A stretch of 64,000 nt of DNA from a virus (IMGVR_UViG_3300020049_008087:1-64000); one strand, 5' to 3'. Shown: positions 26,869-37,177, numbered from the stretch's first letter. Notes: a model not told the origin generated them from the sequence alone. Made by a program: numbers and translations.

Positions 26869-28365
26869 TTACCGTTTTTTTCTTCCCACACCCACTGCAG
26901 CGGATTTTTCTAGGCGTTTGGGTTCTACTATGTCTGCTGCCGCGGCAGCAACAGCAGGTCCAACATCAACTGTATCCACTTCAGTTTCACCCGGTTCACT
27001 GCTAACACTGTCATCAGTCTTACCCAACTTGAAACTGAACCCGCCGCTGGTTGGATCACTTGCACTGGATTTGTTTTCTATTGATATCTCACCATCCAGT
27101 TTTGCTGGCCATTGAGTGCTAAAGGTCAGTTCGCCTGCTTTGTAGTCAGTGTACTGTTGGATAAAGTTCATTTCCAGTATCTGTAAAACTGTGGCACCGA
27201 ACTCGGGTATAGCATCGTTATTGTTTATTGCATCAGCTACTGTTTTCTTGATAGCATAAATCAATTTACCACCATCAGTAGCAGTGCTCTTGGCTTTTAT
27301 GTCAGCATACAATGGTTGAAATTGTTTCGGTAACGGCAACTGTTCTTTTAAACTCCTGATGCTCATCTGAACAATGTTGGGGAATTTGGAACTAAACGGT
27401 AGGAACTTTTGCCATACTTTGGGTAATGAGTTTGGATTAATCTGGTAAATAAAATCAATGGCCTTGAATGCTGATGTAATCGTAGTTGGACCAGACTTGT
27501 CAATTTCTTGACATAATTCAATGAACCTTACTGAGTCTTTAAATGCAGGGTTACGTTTCAGGTCGTTGGAAATCTTCAATCCTGACAGTGCAGGAGCAGC
27601 ACCTCCTCCGGTTCCCTTACTGCTAATGTTGATAGTATGGTTAGTACCTGGATTGGTAATTACTGCAAAGCTGTCAGCCAAATTGTTATTTGCTTTGCTG
27701 GGGAAGTTTAACATTAGATCATCTATGCTACCACCCAACCACTGTTCAAATTGTGCTCGCTTTGGAAATCGTGTTCTGTGGTACAGTAAGGCCAACACAC
27801 CCAAATACTCTCCGGCGTAGTCAACCACTGCTGCACGAATCTTGTCATTACTCTGTAATTCTTCAGGCAAAAATACTTGCTCTCCTGAAACAATATACTC
27901 GGCCAACTGAATGATTCCTTTACCGTACTCAGTGCCGGCTAATGTGGGGTTGTTGGCAATGGATGCATAGAAGTCACTGGCAGGAATATTTTTGTCTACT
28001 ATGCCTATTTGGCTGGGTTTGACTACCAATGTTTCTTTACCAGCAGTGGATCCTTCTTCGCCAGCTGCCACCTGCTGTCCACCAAACTCTTGTGTTTTTC
28101 TTAGGGTGCTCAGTGCAACTTCCTGGCCGTCTGTGGTTCTGGCCTTTAGTCCACCTTTAAACTCACCAGCATTGCGTAACTCAACAAAACGTTTGGCCTC
28201 TCTGGGATCAATTATAACTTCCTGTCCCTGAGCATCAGTAAACGGGCTTCTGCTTTGTATTTTTTTAATGAAGGTAGTAAAGCGTTCTTCGTATTTGGTA
28301 ATCTCGCCGGCGCTGAGTCCAGTAGCTTCGTTTATTGTATTGAGTAGGTCTAAAATATCGCGCAT
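26869..28365 (-). CDS. large late protein, possibly virion-internal with a PD-(D/E)xK-like fold
   Basis: MRDILDLL...NE N-terminus, ATAAATA at 28372-28378, E...LADS...ISSK motif. Confidence 0.5.
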   Translation of the reverse strand: MRDILDLLNTINEATGLSAGEITKYEERFTTFIKKIQSRSPFTDAQGQEVIIDPREAKRFVELRNAGEFKGGLKARTTDGQEVALSTLRKTQEFGGQQVAAGEEGSTAGKETLVVKPSQIGIVDKNIPASDFYASIANNPTLAGTEYGKGIIQLAEYIVSGEQVFLPEELQSNDKIRAAVVDYAGEYLGVLALLYHRTRFPKRAQFEQWLGGSIDDLMLNFPSKANNNLADSFAVITNPGTNHTINISSKGTGGGAAPALSGLKISNDLKRNPAFKDSVRFIELCQEIDKSGPTTITSAFKAIDFIYQINPNSLPKVWQKFLPFSSKFPNIVQMSIRSLKEQLPLPKQFQPLYADIKAKSTATDGGKLIYAIKKTVADAINNNDAIPEFGATVLQILEMNFIQQYTDYKAGELTFSTQWPAKLDGEISIENKSSASDPTSGGFSFKLGKTDDSVSSEPGETEVDTVDVGPAVAAAAADIVEPKRLEKSAAVGVGRKKR

Positions 28366-28385
28366 AATGAGTATTTATCTAAAAT

Positions 28386-28874
28386 TTAGCACTTGAACAA
28401 ATCCTGATGCTTGAACCATTTCTTCATTGAATGTGAAGTACGCAATGATATGCCAATGTCTCTGAGTTTTAACTGTTTGTGATAAAAGCTGGGACCATGA
28501 CTCATTATCCTGTCTTTGCCCTTTTCTGCACGTTCCGCACTGAATATTTCCCACTGATATTGATGACACATCTCATGTGCCAGAGTGGTCACCATCCACT
28601 GAGTACAGTACCATTTGTCCATGAGTTTTATCTCACAATAGCTGCCTGAGGAGTATGGTATTGTTTCTCCATAGCACATGCCCCAGTATTTTCTGCATCT
28701 GCTGGACAGCTTTATATTGGGTTTGGTCAACTCATTGTCAAAAACTGCCTGATTTATCAGATCGTACACGTATTCCACTTCAGATTGGCTGGCTCTGTAC
28801 GCCAATTTTCTCTGTAGAGAAATCTTGGGCAAAGGGATAGCCATAATCTCTTTTAGTGTCATTGTGTCAATCAT
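28386..28874 (-). CDS. SprT-like zinc metalloprotease
   Basis: LAHEMCHQYQ...SHGPSF. Confidence 0.8.
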   Translation of the reverse strand: MIDTMTLKEIMAIPLPKISLQRKLAYRASQSEVEYVYDLINQAVFDNELTKPNIKLSSRCRKYWGMCYGETIPYSSGSYCEIKLMDKWYCTQWMVTTLAHEMCHQYQWEIFSAERAEKGKDRIMSHGPSFYHKQLKLRDIGISLRTSHSMKKWFKHQDLFKC

Positions 28875-28945
28875 AAAGTATTTAATCCGGGGAAAAATTT
28901 GGGTAGAATTTTTAGTGCTAAATATACTATATCAAGGAGAAGGCA

Positions 28946-29359
28946 ATGTTTAATTTTTTAAAGAAACTATTTGGGGCAAAACAATCACCACAGGATTGGC
29001 CATTTCCCACCAGCAAGACAGCACCAACCATGTCACCACAGGCACCATATAAAGTTGAACCAGCAGTCGAGGTTACTACCAAAATTGATGGTATCGGGCA
29101 TGAATCTATTACGGCTGAACCTGAAGTAACCAGCAAACTTGATGTCAACAAAGACGGAAAAGTTAATCTGGAAGATGTTAACGCTATCGTGCAACAAGTA
29201 TCCAAAAAGATAGTGAAAACTGTCAAGGAAAAAGCTGATGTTAACAAGGACGGCAAAGTTAATGCTGCTGATGCCAAAGCAGTGGTCAAGAAAGTGGCTG
29301 ACAAAGCCAAAACTATTTCCAAAAAGACTGCTCCTAAAAAAGCAGCTCCTAAGAAATAA
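28946..29359 (+). CDS. protein with two EF-hand/dockerin-like loops and a Lys/Ala-rich tail
   Basis: DVNKDGKVN-x-x-D twice; KKTAPKKAAPKK. Confidence 0.6.
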   Translation: MFNFLKKLFGAKQSPQDWPFPTSKTAPTMSPQAPYKVEPAVEVTTKIDGIGHESITAEPEVTSKLDVNKDGKVNLEDVNAIVQQVSKKIVKTVKEKADVNKDGKVNAADAKAVVKKVADKAKTISKKTAPKKAAPKK

Positions 29360-29374
29360 CACTGTGTTGAGTAC

Positions 29375-29400
29375 AAAAGGGGCTTAGGCCCCTTTTTTTT
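29375..29400 (+). terminator. rho-independent terminator
   Basis: AAAAGGGGC-TTAG-GCCCCTTTTTTTT. Confidence 0.8.
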
Positions 29401-29418
29401 ACCGCACATAAATACTTA

Positions 29419-30114
29419 ATGAACTTAAGTTTTGATTTAATCAGTGACCTCAACCTAACGCCCGGTGACAAGTTTGTTTGGGAAGGCAAAGTAACCAGCT
29501 TATTTTGCGTGATTCCAGGTAATATAAGCAGCGACTTGGCCATAGTGAAAAAGACACTGACCTACTTGGCCGAACTCTATCAGGGTATCTTCTACATAGA
29601 TGGTGCCGCTGAACACCTGAATATCTTCCAGCGCAGTGAAAGAATAACTCAGCTTGAGAAAATCTGCAAAAATATCAACAACACTGTATACTTGCATGAC
29701 AATGTGATAATTGTCAATGGCGTAGCTATACTGGGCATTAATGGATGGTATGGAAATTACACTAAAGCAACAGGCGCGCTGGATAGTATACGACTGGATG
29801 CGTTTCGTCAAGAAGATTTGGTCTATTTGCATGAAAGTATCAAACGCATGCAATTGCATCCTGAAGTAAAACACATACTGATATTGTCAGCCAGCGTTCC
29901 CAGTAAAGAACTATACTTTGGCGAACACACTGCCATAAATGACTCAATGAGTCCTACCGTGAGTTTACTTGGTGATACTGAAAAGAAAGTGACACATTGG
30001 GCGTTTGCTGGATCCAATAAAAAAGTTGATATCACTATTAATGATATCAACTATCTTGCTAATCCTCGTACTACCACTGAGCCCTACTGGGCCAAGTGTA
30101 TACCAATCAATTAG
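29419..30114 (+). CDS. degenerate metallophosphoesterase-fold protein
   Basis: DLISDLN, PGNI, DGAAEH align with the MPE fold but several metal His residues are lost. Confidence 0.55.
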   Translation: MNLSFDLISDLNLTPGDKFVWEGKVTSLFCVIPGNISSDLAIVKKTLTYLAELYQGIFYIDGAAEHLNIFQRSERITQLEKICKNINNTVYLHDNVIIVNGVAILGINGWYGNYTKATGALDSIRLDAFRQEDLVYLHESIKRMQLHPEVKHILILSASVPSKELYFGEHTAINDSMSPTVSLLGDTEKKVTHWAFAGSNKKVDITINDINYLANPRTTTEPYWAKCIPIN

Positions 30115-30410
30115 GCTTCAGCTTCAATTTTTACCTGCAGTGGGAATCCCTGACTGCGAGCCTCAACTGTAACCTCAATTCCTTTTTGTTCTGCGATTTC
30201 GTAGGGTAGCACTGCTACCACGGCAGAACCATCTTCGTGAATACTCTGTGTGATGTTGCCCGCAGTATCTCCATTGTAATGGAAATGTTCAATTAAGCTG
30301 CCCACAACGAATTCCATACTGGTAAGATCGTCATTGATATAAATGACTTTGTACATGGGGGGTTCTTCAACTCGCAAGTTTGGTGTTATTGTAATTTTAG
30401 TATCTGACAT
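30111..30410 (-). CDS. clpS: Clp protease adaptor ClpS
   Basis: PPMYKVIYINDDLTSMEFVV...IHEDG.AV...YEIAEQK...GFPL. Confidence 0.9.
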   Translation of the reverse strand: MSDTKITITPNLRVEEPPMYKVIYINDDLTSMEFVVGSLIEHFHYNGDTAGNITQSIHEDGSAVVAVLPYEIAEQKGIEVTVEARSQGFPLQVKIEAEA

Positions 30411-30466
30411 TTGTTACCCTAAAAGTTATGAGGTGTGCAGCTTGATTGCCGACACCTGTTATTATA

Positions 30467-30913
30467 TTACTTAATATATGAAATTGCAATAGATTTGGGT
30501 TTGTGATCTTCAGGGATCACTCTCTCCAAGTCTATCACCAGCATACCATCACGCATCACTGCACCCTTTACTTCAATATGTGGGCCCAATGGAAAGGTGC
30601 GTTCAAAGTTCCGAGTGCTGATGCCACGATGCAAATATTCCACATTCTCAGGCATCAGTTCTTTCTTAGCACCAGTGATAGTTAATAGATTCTTCTCAAT
30701 GGTAACATCAATTTCCCCTTCTTTAAATCCGGCTACTGCCACTTCGATGCAAAAGTCGTTGTCGTCAACCTGCAGCAGGTTGTAAGGTGGATAGTTGGTT
30801 TGTTGAGCTTCTGTTGTACGTAATAGTTCATTAAGCATAGTATCAAAACCTACTCCGAATTTATGAATTGATGGAATATTTAACGCACGTAAGGTTAGTG
30901 TTGGATTTGTCAT
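30467..30913 (-). CDS. hsp20: small heat-shock protein (IbpA/Hsp20)
   Basis: NYPPYN...IEVAVAGF...YLHRGIS.RNF.RTF.L...DGML.IDL. Confidence 0.92.
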   Translation of the reverse strand: MTNPTLTLRALNIPSIHKFGVGFDTMLNELLRTTEAQQTNYPPYNLLQVDDNDFCIEVAVAGFKEGEIDVTIEKNLLTITGAKKELMPENVEYLHRGISTRNFERTFPLGPHIEVKGAVMRDGMLVIDLERVIPEDHKPKSIAISYIK

Positions 30914-30919
30914 TTTAGT

Positions 30920-30974
30920 CTCCTTAAAAATAAGCGATTGACATTGATATAGACCCGACCGTTCGGCATCTATA
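30920..30974 (-). promoter_or_regulatory. ROSE-like RNA thermometer in the hsp20 5'UTR
   Basis: UCGCUU-AUUUUU-AAGGAG hairpin with bulged G, plus an upstream hairpin at 30948-30974. Confidence 0.6.
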
Positions 30975-31029
30975 ACACTATTTATTATACTACGTTTGCG
31001 TAAAAAAGTAAATTATTTTGGGTTAAAAG

Positions 31030-31109
31030 ATAAATACAGTTGTAGTTCACGGGATTGCAGTCCCTAACTACTCTAATACTGTTAAGGAGTATCAGCAATG
31101 ACTATTTAT
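31030..31109 (+). promoter_or_regulatory. late promoter + two-hairpin endonuclease leader (copy 2 of 3)
   Basis: ATAAATA...GTAGTT-CAC-GGGA-loop-TCCC-T-AACTAC...TACT-GTTAAGG-AGTA. Confidence 0.8.
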
Positions 31110-31769
31110 TCAAAAACTAATCTACCATCAGGTTTCTATGTTTATGCTTACCTACGAAAAGACGGAACCCCGTATTATATTGGCAAAGGCTCGGGTAATC
31201 GGGCTTGGAAAAAAAATCCTAAAGAATTTCTGCCGCCTAAGGATAACAACAGAATTATCATAATATACCCTGATCTTACTGAATTATGGGCATTTTTAGT
31301 AGAACGACGACTAATTCGTTGGTACGGGCGTAAAGATAAAAACACTGGTATTTTACACAACAAGACAGACGGTGGAGAAGGTACCTCTGGGAAAGTGGTC
31401 ACTGAGAAGACCCTCAATATGTTTAGAGGAAATAATAATCCCGCAAAACGAACCGAGGTTCGTAAAAAAATCAAACAGAACCATGCATTAAATGACCCGG
31501 CTCGGAGAGAAGTATTGTTAAATCGGGTTAGTGGAGCAAATCATTTTAGTCAACAAGAAGGGTATGAATCCAAAATAAAAGGAGTGGCCCATCCTAATTA
31601 TGATCATACTATCTACACATTTATTAATAAACACACTGATGAGATCCTATATGCTACCCAACGAGAAATGTTAGTATATTTGGATAAAGAACATAGGTCC
31701 AGTAATATGAGCATGCTTATTAGCGGAAAAAGAAAGTCATTTTTCGGATGGAAGATATTTCGCAACTAA
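31098..31769 (+). mobile_element. GIY-YIG homing endonuclease
   Basis: [19 protein letters not shown]...E...I..YGR...[10 protein letters not shown]; 3' end overlaps clpX. Confidence 0.8.
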
Positions 31770-32957
31770 TAGTATTGGATTATCTACGTGTTCTTTTTTG
31801 ATTAATAACTCTATGACATTGCATTCCTTATACGTCCGGACGTGAAACATCGCCGGCATCAGTACCCGTTCAATTTCTGTGTGCAACCCACGAGCGCCTG
31901 TTTTTAGCGTAAGAGTGTTTTCCGCAAGTTGTTCCAGTGCTTCATTGGTAAAAGTCAGTTCAATATTGTCCAGCTTGAACAAGTACTGGTATTGACTGAT
32001 ATAGTTGTTCTTGACATTTTTCAGAACATGTACCAACTGTTCTTTGGTCAACTCTGATATGCTAACTGAAGTGGTAAATCTGCCAACGAACTCGGGTATC
32101 ATACCAAACTTGGTCAGATCATCTGGCGTGAGTTTGGACAGATCGCCCTCTAGTTTGGCATTCTTTATATTAGCACCAAAGCCAATACTGGTACCACTCA
32201 TGCGATTGGCGATAACATCCTTTAGTCCCACAAACGCGCCACCAGCAATGAACAGGATGTCTTTGGTATTGACTTCACTCATTTCACTGCCAGGATGCTT
32301 TCTACCGCCTGCGGTGGACACTCGGCAAACTGTACCCTCTACCAGCTTGAGCAGGGCCTGCTGTACACCTTCTCCACTCACATCACGTGTTATACTGGCA
32401 CTCTCACCTTTACGGGCGATCTTGTCAATTTCATCAATAAAGATGATACCACGTTCAGCTTTTTGCAGATCACCACCAGCTGCGTTCACCAGCATGTTAA
32501 TCATGCTTTCAACATCATCGCCCACATAACCAGCTTCAGTGAGACTGGTGGCATCGGTAACTATAAATGGCACATCCAGATACTTGGCCACTGTTTTAGC
32601 TAACAGTGTCTTGCCTGATCCAGTAGGACCCACTATGAGTACGTTACCCTTTTGGATATCAATATCTTTAGAGGGATGAGTGATTCGTTTATAGTGGTTG
32701 TATATTGCTACACTGAGTACAACTTTGGCATCCTCTTGTCCGATAACATGCTCATCCAAATGTGCTTTGATAGTTTCGGGATCATGCTCGCTGGGTGGTA
32801 TGCTAACAGGTTCAACTGTCTCATCTACTATTAACTCTTGGCATAGTTCTACGCAGGTACTACATATAGCAACATTGTCACCAACTATAAGTTTTTCAAC
32901 TTGTTCTTTGTTGGTCCCGCAAAAACTACAGTGATTTAATCTTGTATCTTCAGTCAT
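31737..32957 (-). CDS. clpX: ATP-dependent Clp protease ATPase subunit
   Basis: C4 zinc domain, [32 protein letters not shown] and IGF loops. Confidence 0.95.
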   Translation of the reverse strand: MTEDTRLNHCSFCGTNKEQVEKLIVGDNVAICSTCVELCQELIVDETVEPVSIPPSEHDPETIKAHLDEHVIGQEDAKVVLSVAIYNHYKRITHPSKDIDIQKGNVLIVGPTGSGKTLLAKTVAKYLDVPFIVTDATSLTEAGYVGDDVESMINMLVNAAGGDLQKAERGIIFIDEIDKIARKGESASITRDVSGEGVQQALLKLVEGTVCRVSTAGGRKHPGSEMSEVNTKDILFIAGGAFVGLKDVIANRMSGTSIGFGANIKNAKLEGDLSKLTPDDLTKFGMIPEFVGRFTTSVSISELTKEQLVHVLKNVKNNYISQYQYLFKLDNIELTFTNEALEQLAENTLTLKTGARGLHTEIERVLMPAMFHVRTYKECNVIELLIKKEHVDNPILLVAKYLPSEK

Positions 32958-32993
32958 ATATAATACTTATCTCAGTGATGGGTGCCTATTAAA

Positions 32994-33974
32994 TTAGTAG
33001 ATACAGGCACTAACTGCCTTGACCTTGATGTTGGCTACCTTGGGCATTAGGCTCTGCATCCTATCGTCCATATCCAACCCAAATGCCAGTTGCTCAGCCC
33101 AACGATTGTTCACCATTAGTCGTCCAGGGTTTTTGTCGTATACACTGGGTGTAACTGGTAGCAAACAACGGTACTCCAACACTTTGCCTGTGATATCCGA
33201 TAACTCAACTTGAAATGTCACTGATTCCCTAAACGTATTCACCACTTGCATTGGTCTTACACTGTCGTTGAAATAGTAAGTTTTAGCAGTACCCAGTATT
33301 TCGTAACCCTTGACTACATTGACTGTGATACCAAAGTTCTTGTCGCACATGGCCTTACAGTCAAAGTCTCGCACCTCATTGAGCGCACCCATTAATCCCA
33401 CTAGATAATCAGGATTGAACTCATACCAGAATGGTATGTATAAAATCATTCTGCGGTTACGGTCTGCTTGAATCTCAGTTTTGCCCTGGTCAATCTTAAA
33501 AGCTTTTGTAGGGTAATCCTGCAGCACTTTGTTCAAGTATGCGTCGCCAGTGGCTCGTTCTTTTTTATAAGTAGAAACTGTGGCACTGGCTCGCTCACCG
33601 TCAAGTTTCCCTGAAGCCTCTGACACGTGCAGCACATAGTCATTAATCATGCTGGGTTTTACATACACGATAGCTTCAACTGTGTACTTGCCATTGGCTT
33701 GCGTAGTACTGGAGATAACAAAATTGTCAACATAGCCTGAGCTATGGCTGGCGATTTCTTTGGTCACCAGTTTACTGTCAACCGTCACTCGCTTGCTGAT
33801 AATGGCAGAGCCAATGCTCTGCTCTACTGCTTGTCTAAATGCCGATTCTTTTGCCTGCTCAAACGTGTTGCCATGTCCTGTTACGTTATAGGGACCACTC
33901 GCTGTGATGCCATTGGTAGTAGCACAACCCACCATTACCAATGACAACCAAACCACCAAGATAGCGGCGCGCAT
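32994..33974 (-). CDS. lipoprotein (LPP20/FlgT-N-like)
   Basis: lipobox MVGC; G.G...EQAKESAFRQAVEQ. Confidence 0.6.
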   Translation of the reverse strand: MRAAILVVWLSLVMVGCATTNGITASGPYNVTGHGNTFEQAKESAFRQAVEQSIGSAIISKRVTVDSKLVTKEIASHSSGYVDNFVISSTTQANGKYTVEAIVYVKPSMINDYVLHVSEASGKLDGERASATVSTYKKERATGDAYLNKVLQDYPTKAFKIDQGKTEIQADRNRRMILYIPFWYEFNPDYLVGLMGALNEVRDFDCKAMCDKNFGITVNVVKGYEILGTAKTYYFNDSVRPMQVVNTFRESVTFQVELSDITGKVLEYRCLLPVTPSVYDKNPGRLMVNNRWAEQLAFGLDMDDRMQSLMPKVANIKVKAVSACIY

Positions 33975-34639
33975 TATCGGAAGTTCTTGCGCAGAGTTTC
34001 AACAGCCTTCTGACTGTCACGATCCCAGCGAATCACCACCTTCACCATACGACCACCTGACATGATGTCAGTATCTTTAATAAAGACACCACTCAGAATA
34101 CTATTACTCTCCTCGCTGATTTTCTTGATTACTGTGCGAGTGGTTTGGTTGATATTGTCACGAATAGCAATGTTGTTCTCTCCAGCGTCTTTGTCTTTGG
34201 CCACTGGTGCTGCGGGCGCTGCTGCCTCAACGTCACTCATTACAACTACGTCATCTTCACCACCCTTGATTTTGTTTCGGGTTTTGTCATGCGCCTTCTC
34301 CACGTTCTTGCTCATGGTGTTGGTCACACGCGAGCTAGTGATGCCTTCACGCAGAAACCTGACCAACTTTGCTTTGGCATCAAGTTCTGCTGCATCAAAC
34401 GCATTGTCATGCTCAAACTCGGTGTTGCCTGCAGCAGGCGCGTAGCCAGTGACTTCCACTGATTTCAGTTCACCAGTCATAGTCCAGTCGATTTTGATAC
34501 CTTCTTTTCTAAAATTGGTACTAAGTCGTTGTTCTTGAATCGCTGTCACAGGTGCAGGAGTCACTGTGTTGGGACCACTAAGTGTACCGCATGCAGTCAG
34601 TGATACTGAAACCGCTAAAACTAAGTATTTTAATTTCAT
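33974..34639 (-). CDS. lipoprotein (LPP20-like)
   Basis: lipobox LTAC; A.DAAELDAKAKL. Confidence 0.6.
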   Translation of the reverse strand: MKLKYLVLAVSVSLTACGTLSGPNTVTPAPVTAIQEQRLSTNFRKEGIKIDWTMTGELKSVEVTGYAPAAGNTEFEHDNAFDAAELDAKAKLVRFLREGITSSRVTNTMSKNVEKAHDKTRNKIKGGEDDVVVMSDVEAAAPAAPVAKDKDAGENNIAIRDNINQTTRTVIKKISEESNSILSGVFIKDTDIMSGGRMVKVVIRWDRDSQKAVETLRKNFR

Positions 34640-34751
34640 GATGTTCCCTATTAATTAGTGTAGAGTGATATAATACAACAAAATGGATTTACTGTCAACC
34701 AGAATCAACATCTTTTCTTAGAAAGTTTGCTTTTTCTCTGTAAATACTGCA

Positions 34752-35321
34752 TCATTTCAGTTTATATTTGGTTTGTTTTCTTCCCGGAGTTGCATAATCA
34801 CGATTGATATTACTCTTAACAGCATGACAACATTTGCATAATGTTTGTAAGTTTTCTGTACGTGAATCAAATGGATCTCCATTGATATGGTCAACATCTA
34901 GCATCCCTTCCCATATAATAGTAGTAGTGCATTTAAATTCTAAACGACCGTCAATGTTCTCGCAGTATGATTTTCTAAACGCTAAATGTCCGGTTAGAGC
35001 ACTAGAATGTTCTTTGCAGTATATAGTGTACTTTATCTTACCTGAATGATTGGTGCCAGATATCTCTACTTTTTTCTTGCAAGTAGTAACCTTACAGCAA
35101 TGCAAAGTACGCCGGTCAACTAACGCAGATTTTACTTGAAAGTTGGCTCGTCGATCAGTATGACAGGGCGTACAATATTTACGAAATTTGGGGTAGCCGT
35201 TAACGTAATATATTCCCATATGCTGCGTTTTATTGTTGCACCCTGCAGTGGTACATATGGGTCGATCTTTTAAGGGGACGGTAACTTTATCTTTATTTTT
35301 TGCACTAAGTCGGTGTGTCAT
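34752..35321 (-). mobile_element. HNH endonuclease with N-terminal Cys-rich repeats
   Basis: LDVDHINGDP.D.RTENLQTLCKCCH. Confidence 0.8.
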
Positions 35322-35419
35322 GACAGTATCCCAAAGTTAAGTTAAGAACTACATGATATCAAAGATTGGATTTATTGTCAAGTAAAATAGCAACTATCGT
35401 GAAATAGTTGCTATTTTAG

Positions 35420-37177
35420 CTAGATATGCTTGGGATTGGTGATGTATGAGGTAACAGTGTCAGTTTCACTGTCTGTTAGAATTTCAGGGTCTATTTCCCC
35501 TGTACCAATTTTATCAACCAAGTATTGCACATACTGGTTGTTAGTCAGATAACTTTCTGAATGTTCTCTGTTCACTTCAATCCATTTGCCACCATTGAAT
35601 TTGAACACGCGGTTGGGCAGTGCATCTACTCTGACAAAGATATCTCCCATGATTGCGTATTCAGGAAAGCTTGTACCAAAGCCAGTTTGTTTGTCTGCCT
35701 TGCCATCTTCCTGTAGGCCAAACAAATCTGGACGAGTTTGCTTGAGTACCTTTTCGTGCATACGCTTGCCCTCAAATTCAACATACTCTGAATCTTTGAG
35801 TCTGCGATATGATTCTTTGGTAACGCCTGCAATTTCAATCTCGGTATTTTCTACCACTGCTGCTATCTCATCATTGACCAATACTTCAATGGTTGGTGCC
35901 ACTACATTGGCCAAGGGGTCATCTTCTAGTGTGCCTTCAGGACGTTCCAAAGGGAAGGGAAATGCATCTGACGTATCAGCCGAAGCCTCCGCCATTGGCA
36001 TGATGCTGTCAACAGTGAGTACCTCTGAGTCACTGCTAACTGGTTCAGCCACTGGTTCGGTTGAAACAGCCACTGGCGGCACTTCATCTAGTTCTATAAT
36101 TTCTTCTACTGGATCCAACAATGCAATAGCAGCATTGGCCTCTAGTATGTCTGCCTGCTCATCATGTATTTGCTCTAACTCTGACTGAGTTCTCAGTGCA
36201 TCAACAAATTGGTCATTATCAGTCACCTGTTGTTCAGGTGGTGTAACATTATCAGCTACATCACACTCTTTGTTTGGACAGAATGGACCAATGCCAGGCG
36301 CATCCAACAGTGCAGTATTACATTTATAACAATGGCCAATATCCAACACAGTGTCTGGCAGTTGTTCAGGTTCCATAGCACCCACTGGGGTAGTTATTGG
36401 AGCACTGATTTTTTCTTTATCTTCTCTACCCCATTCAAATTGTTTATTGGCTGCAAGAATCAAACACAATGCCAGTGGATCAAACACAACCACAATCAAT
36501 ATGATTACCCAACGCACTGCTTTTTCTAAAACGTTTTGATCTGGATTATCGCCGTATATAAATGCAGCTATATACTTGATTGGACCAACTTCAGCCTCAA
36601 CTTTTCTAAACTCTGCTGCCAGTGGAGCACGTTCTTCCTGTAACAGTACGATACTCTTTTGTGCTTTATTGATCTCAGCCTGCAAGCTGGCTCGTTCTTT
36701 GGCTTGATTCTTACGAATTTGCACTGCACGTTCTGCACCACGATCGGTGTCAGTACGACCCATCATGCCATCAACCTGAGCATTCATTTGCTCAATTGCT
36801 TTTTTTGCACTGGCTATGTTGTCTTTTTCTGTGGCGATCTTTTCATCATAGATGGCTACCTTACTGATAGCATCACCGCTGATCAAGCCCTGGTCACTGT
36901 TGGCTTTGCTTAAGAATCCAAAGATACCCATGCTGGTCAATATCATGAGGAACAAGATAGCAGGAACCAAGTATACTTTGAACAGGAAACTGATACGCTT
37001 CCAGTTATTGTGTAACCAAACAGTGGCAACTACCTTGCCCAATTCTAAGCTGGCGCCCATGATGATAACAGGAATCACCGCCGCAGAAAAGATGGCAGTG
37101 AGTCCGGCTACTGAGTAGTAGGCTGCTACCATACTGAGTAGCAGAGCGGTGGATAGAATGGCTAAGGCGAATATCAT
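35420..37177 (-). CDS. membrane-anchored coiled-coil protein with acidic low-complexity region
   Basis: 4 N-terminal TM helices, coiled coil, TM helix, C-x2-C...C-x4-C, acidic linker; ATAAATA upstream. Confidence 0.7.
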   Translation of the reverse strand: MIFALAILSTALLLSMVAAYYSVAGLTAIFSAAVIPVIIMGASLELGKVVATVWLHNNWKRISFLFKVYLVPAILFLMILTSMGIFGFLSKANSDQGLISGDAISKVAIYDEKIATEKDNIASAKKAIEQMNAQVDGMMGRTDTDRGAERAVQIRKNQAKERASLQAEINKAQKSIVLLQEERAPLAAEFRKVEAEVGPIKYIAAFIYGDNPDQNVLEKAVRWVIILIVVVFDPLALCLILAANKQFEWGREDKEKISAPITTPVGAMEPEQLPDTVLDIGHCYKCNTALLDAPGIGPFCPNKECDVADNVTPPEQQVTDNDQFVDALRTQSELEQIHDEQADILEANAAIALLDPVEEIIELDEVPPVAVSTEPVAEPVSSDSEVLTVDSIMPMAEASADTSDAFPFPLERPEGTLEDDPLANVVAPTIEVLVNDEIAAVVENTEIEIAGVTKESYRRLKDSEYVEFEGKRMHEKVLKQTRPDLFGLQEDGKADKQTGFGTSFPEYAIMGDIFVRVDALPNRVFKFNGGKWIEVNREHSESYLTNNQYVQYLVDKIGTGEIDPEILTDSETDTVTSYITNPKHI

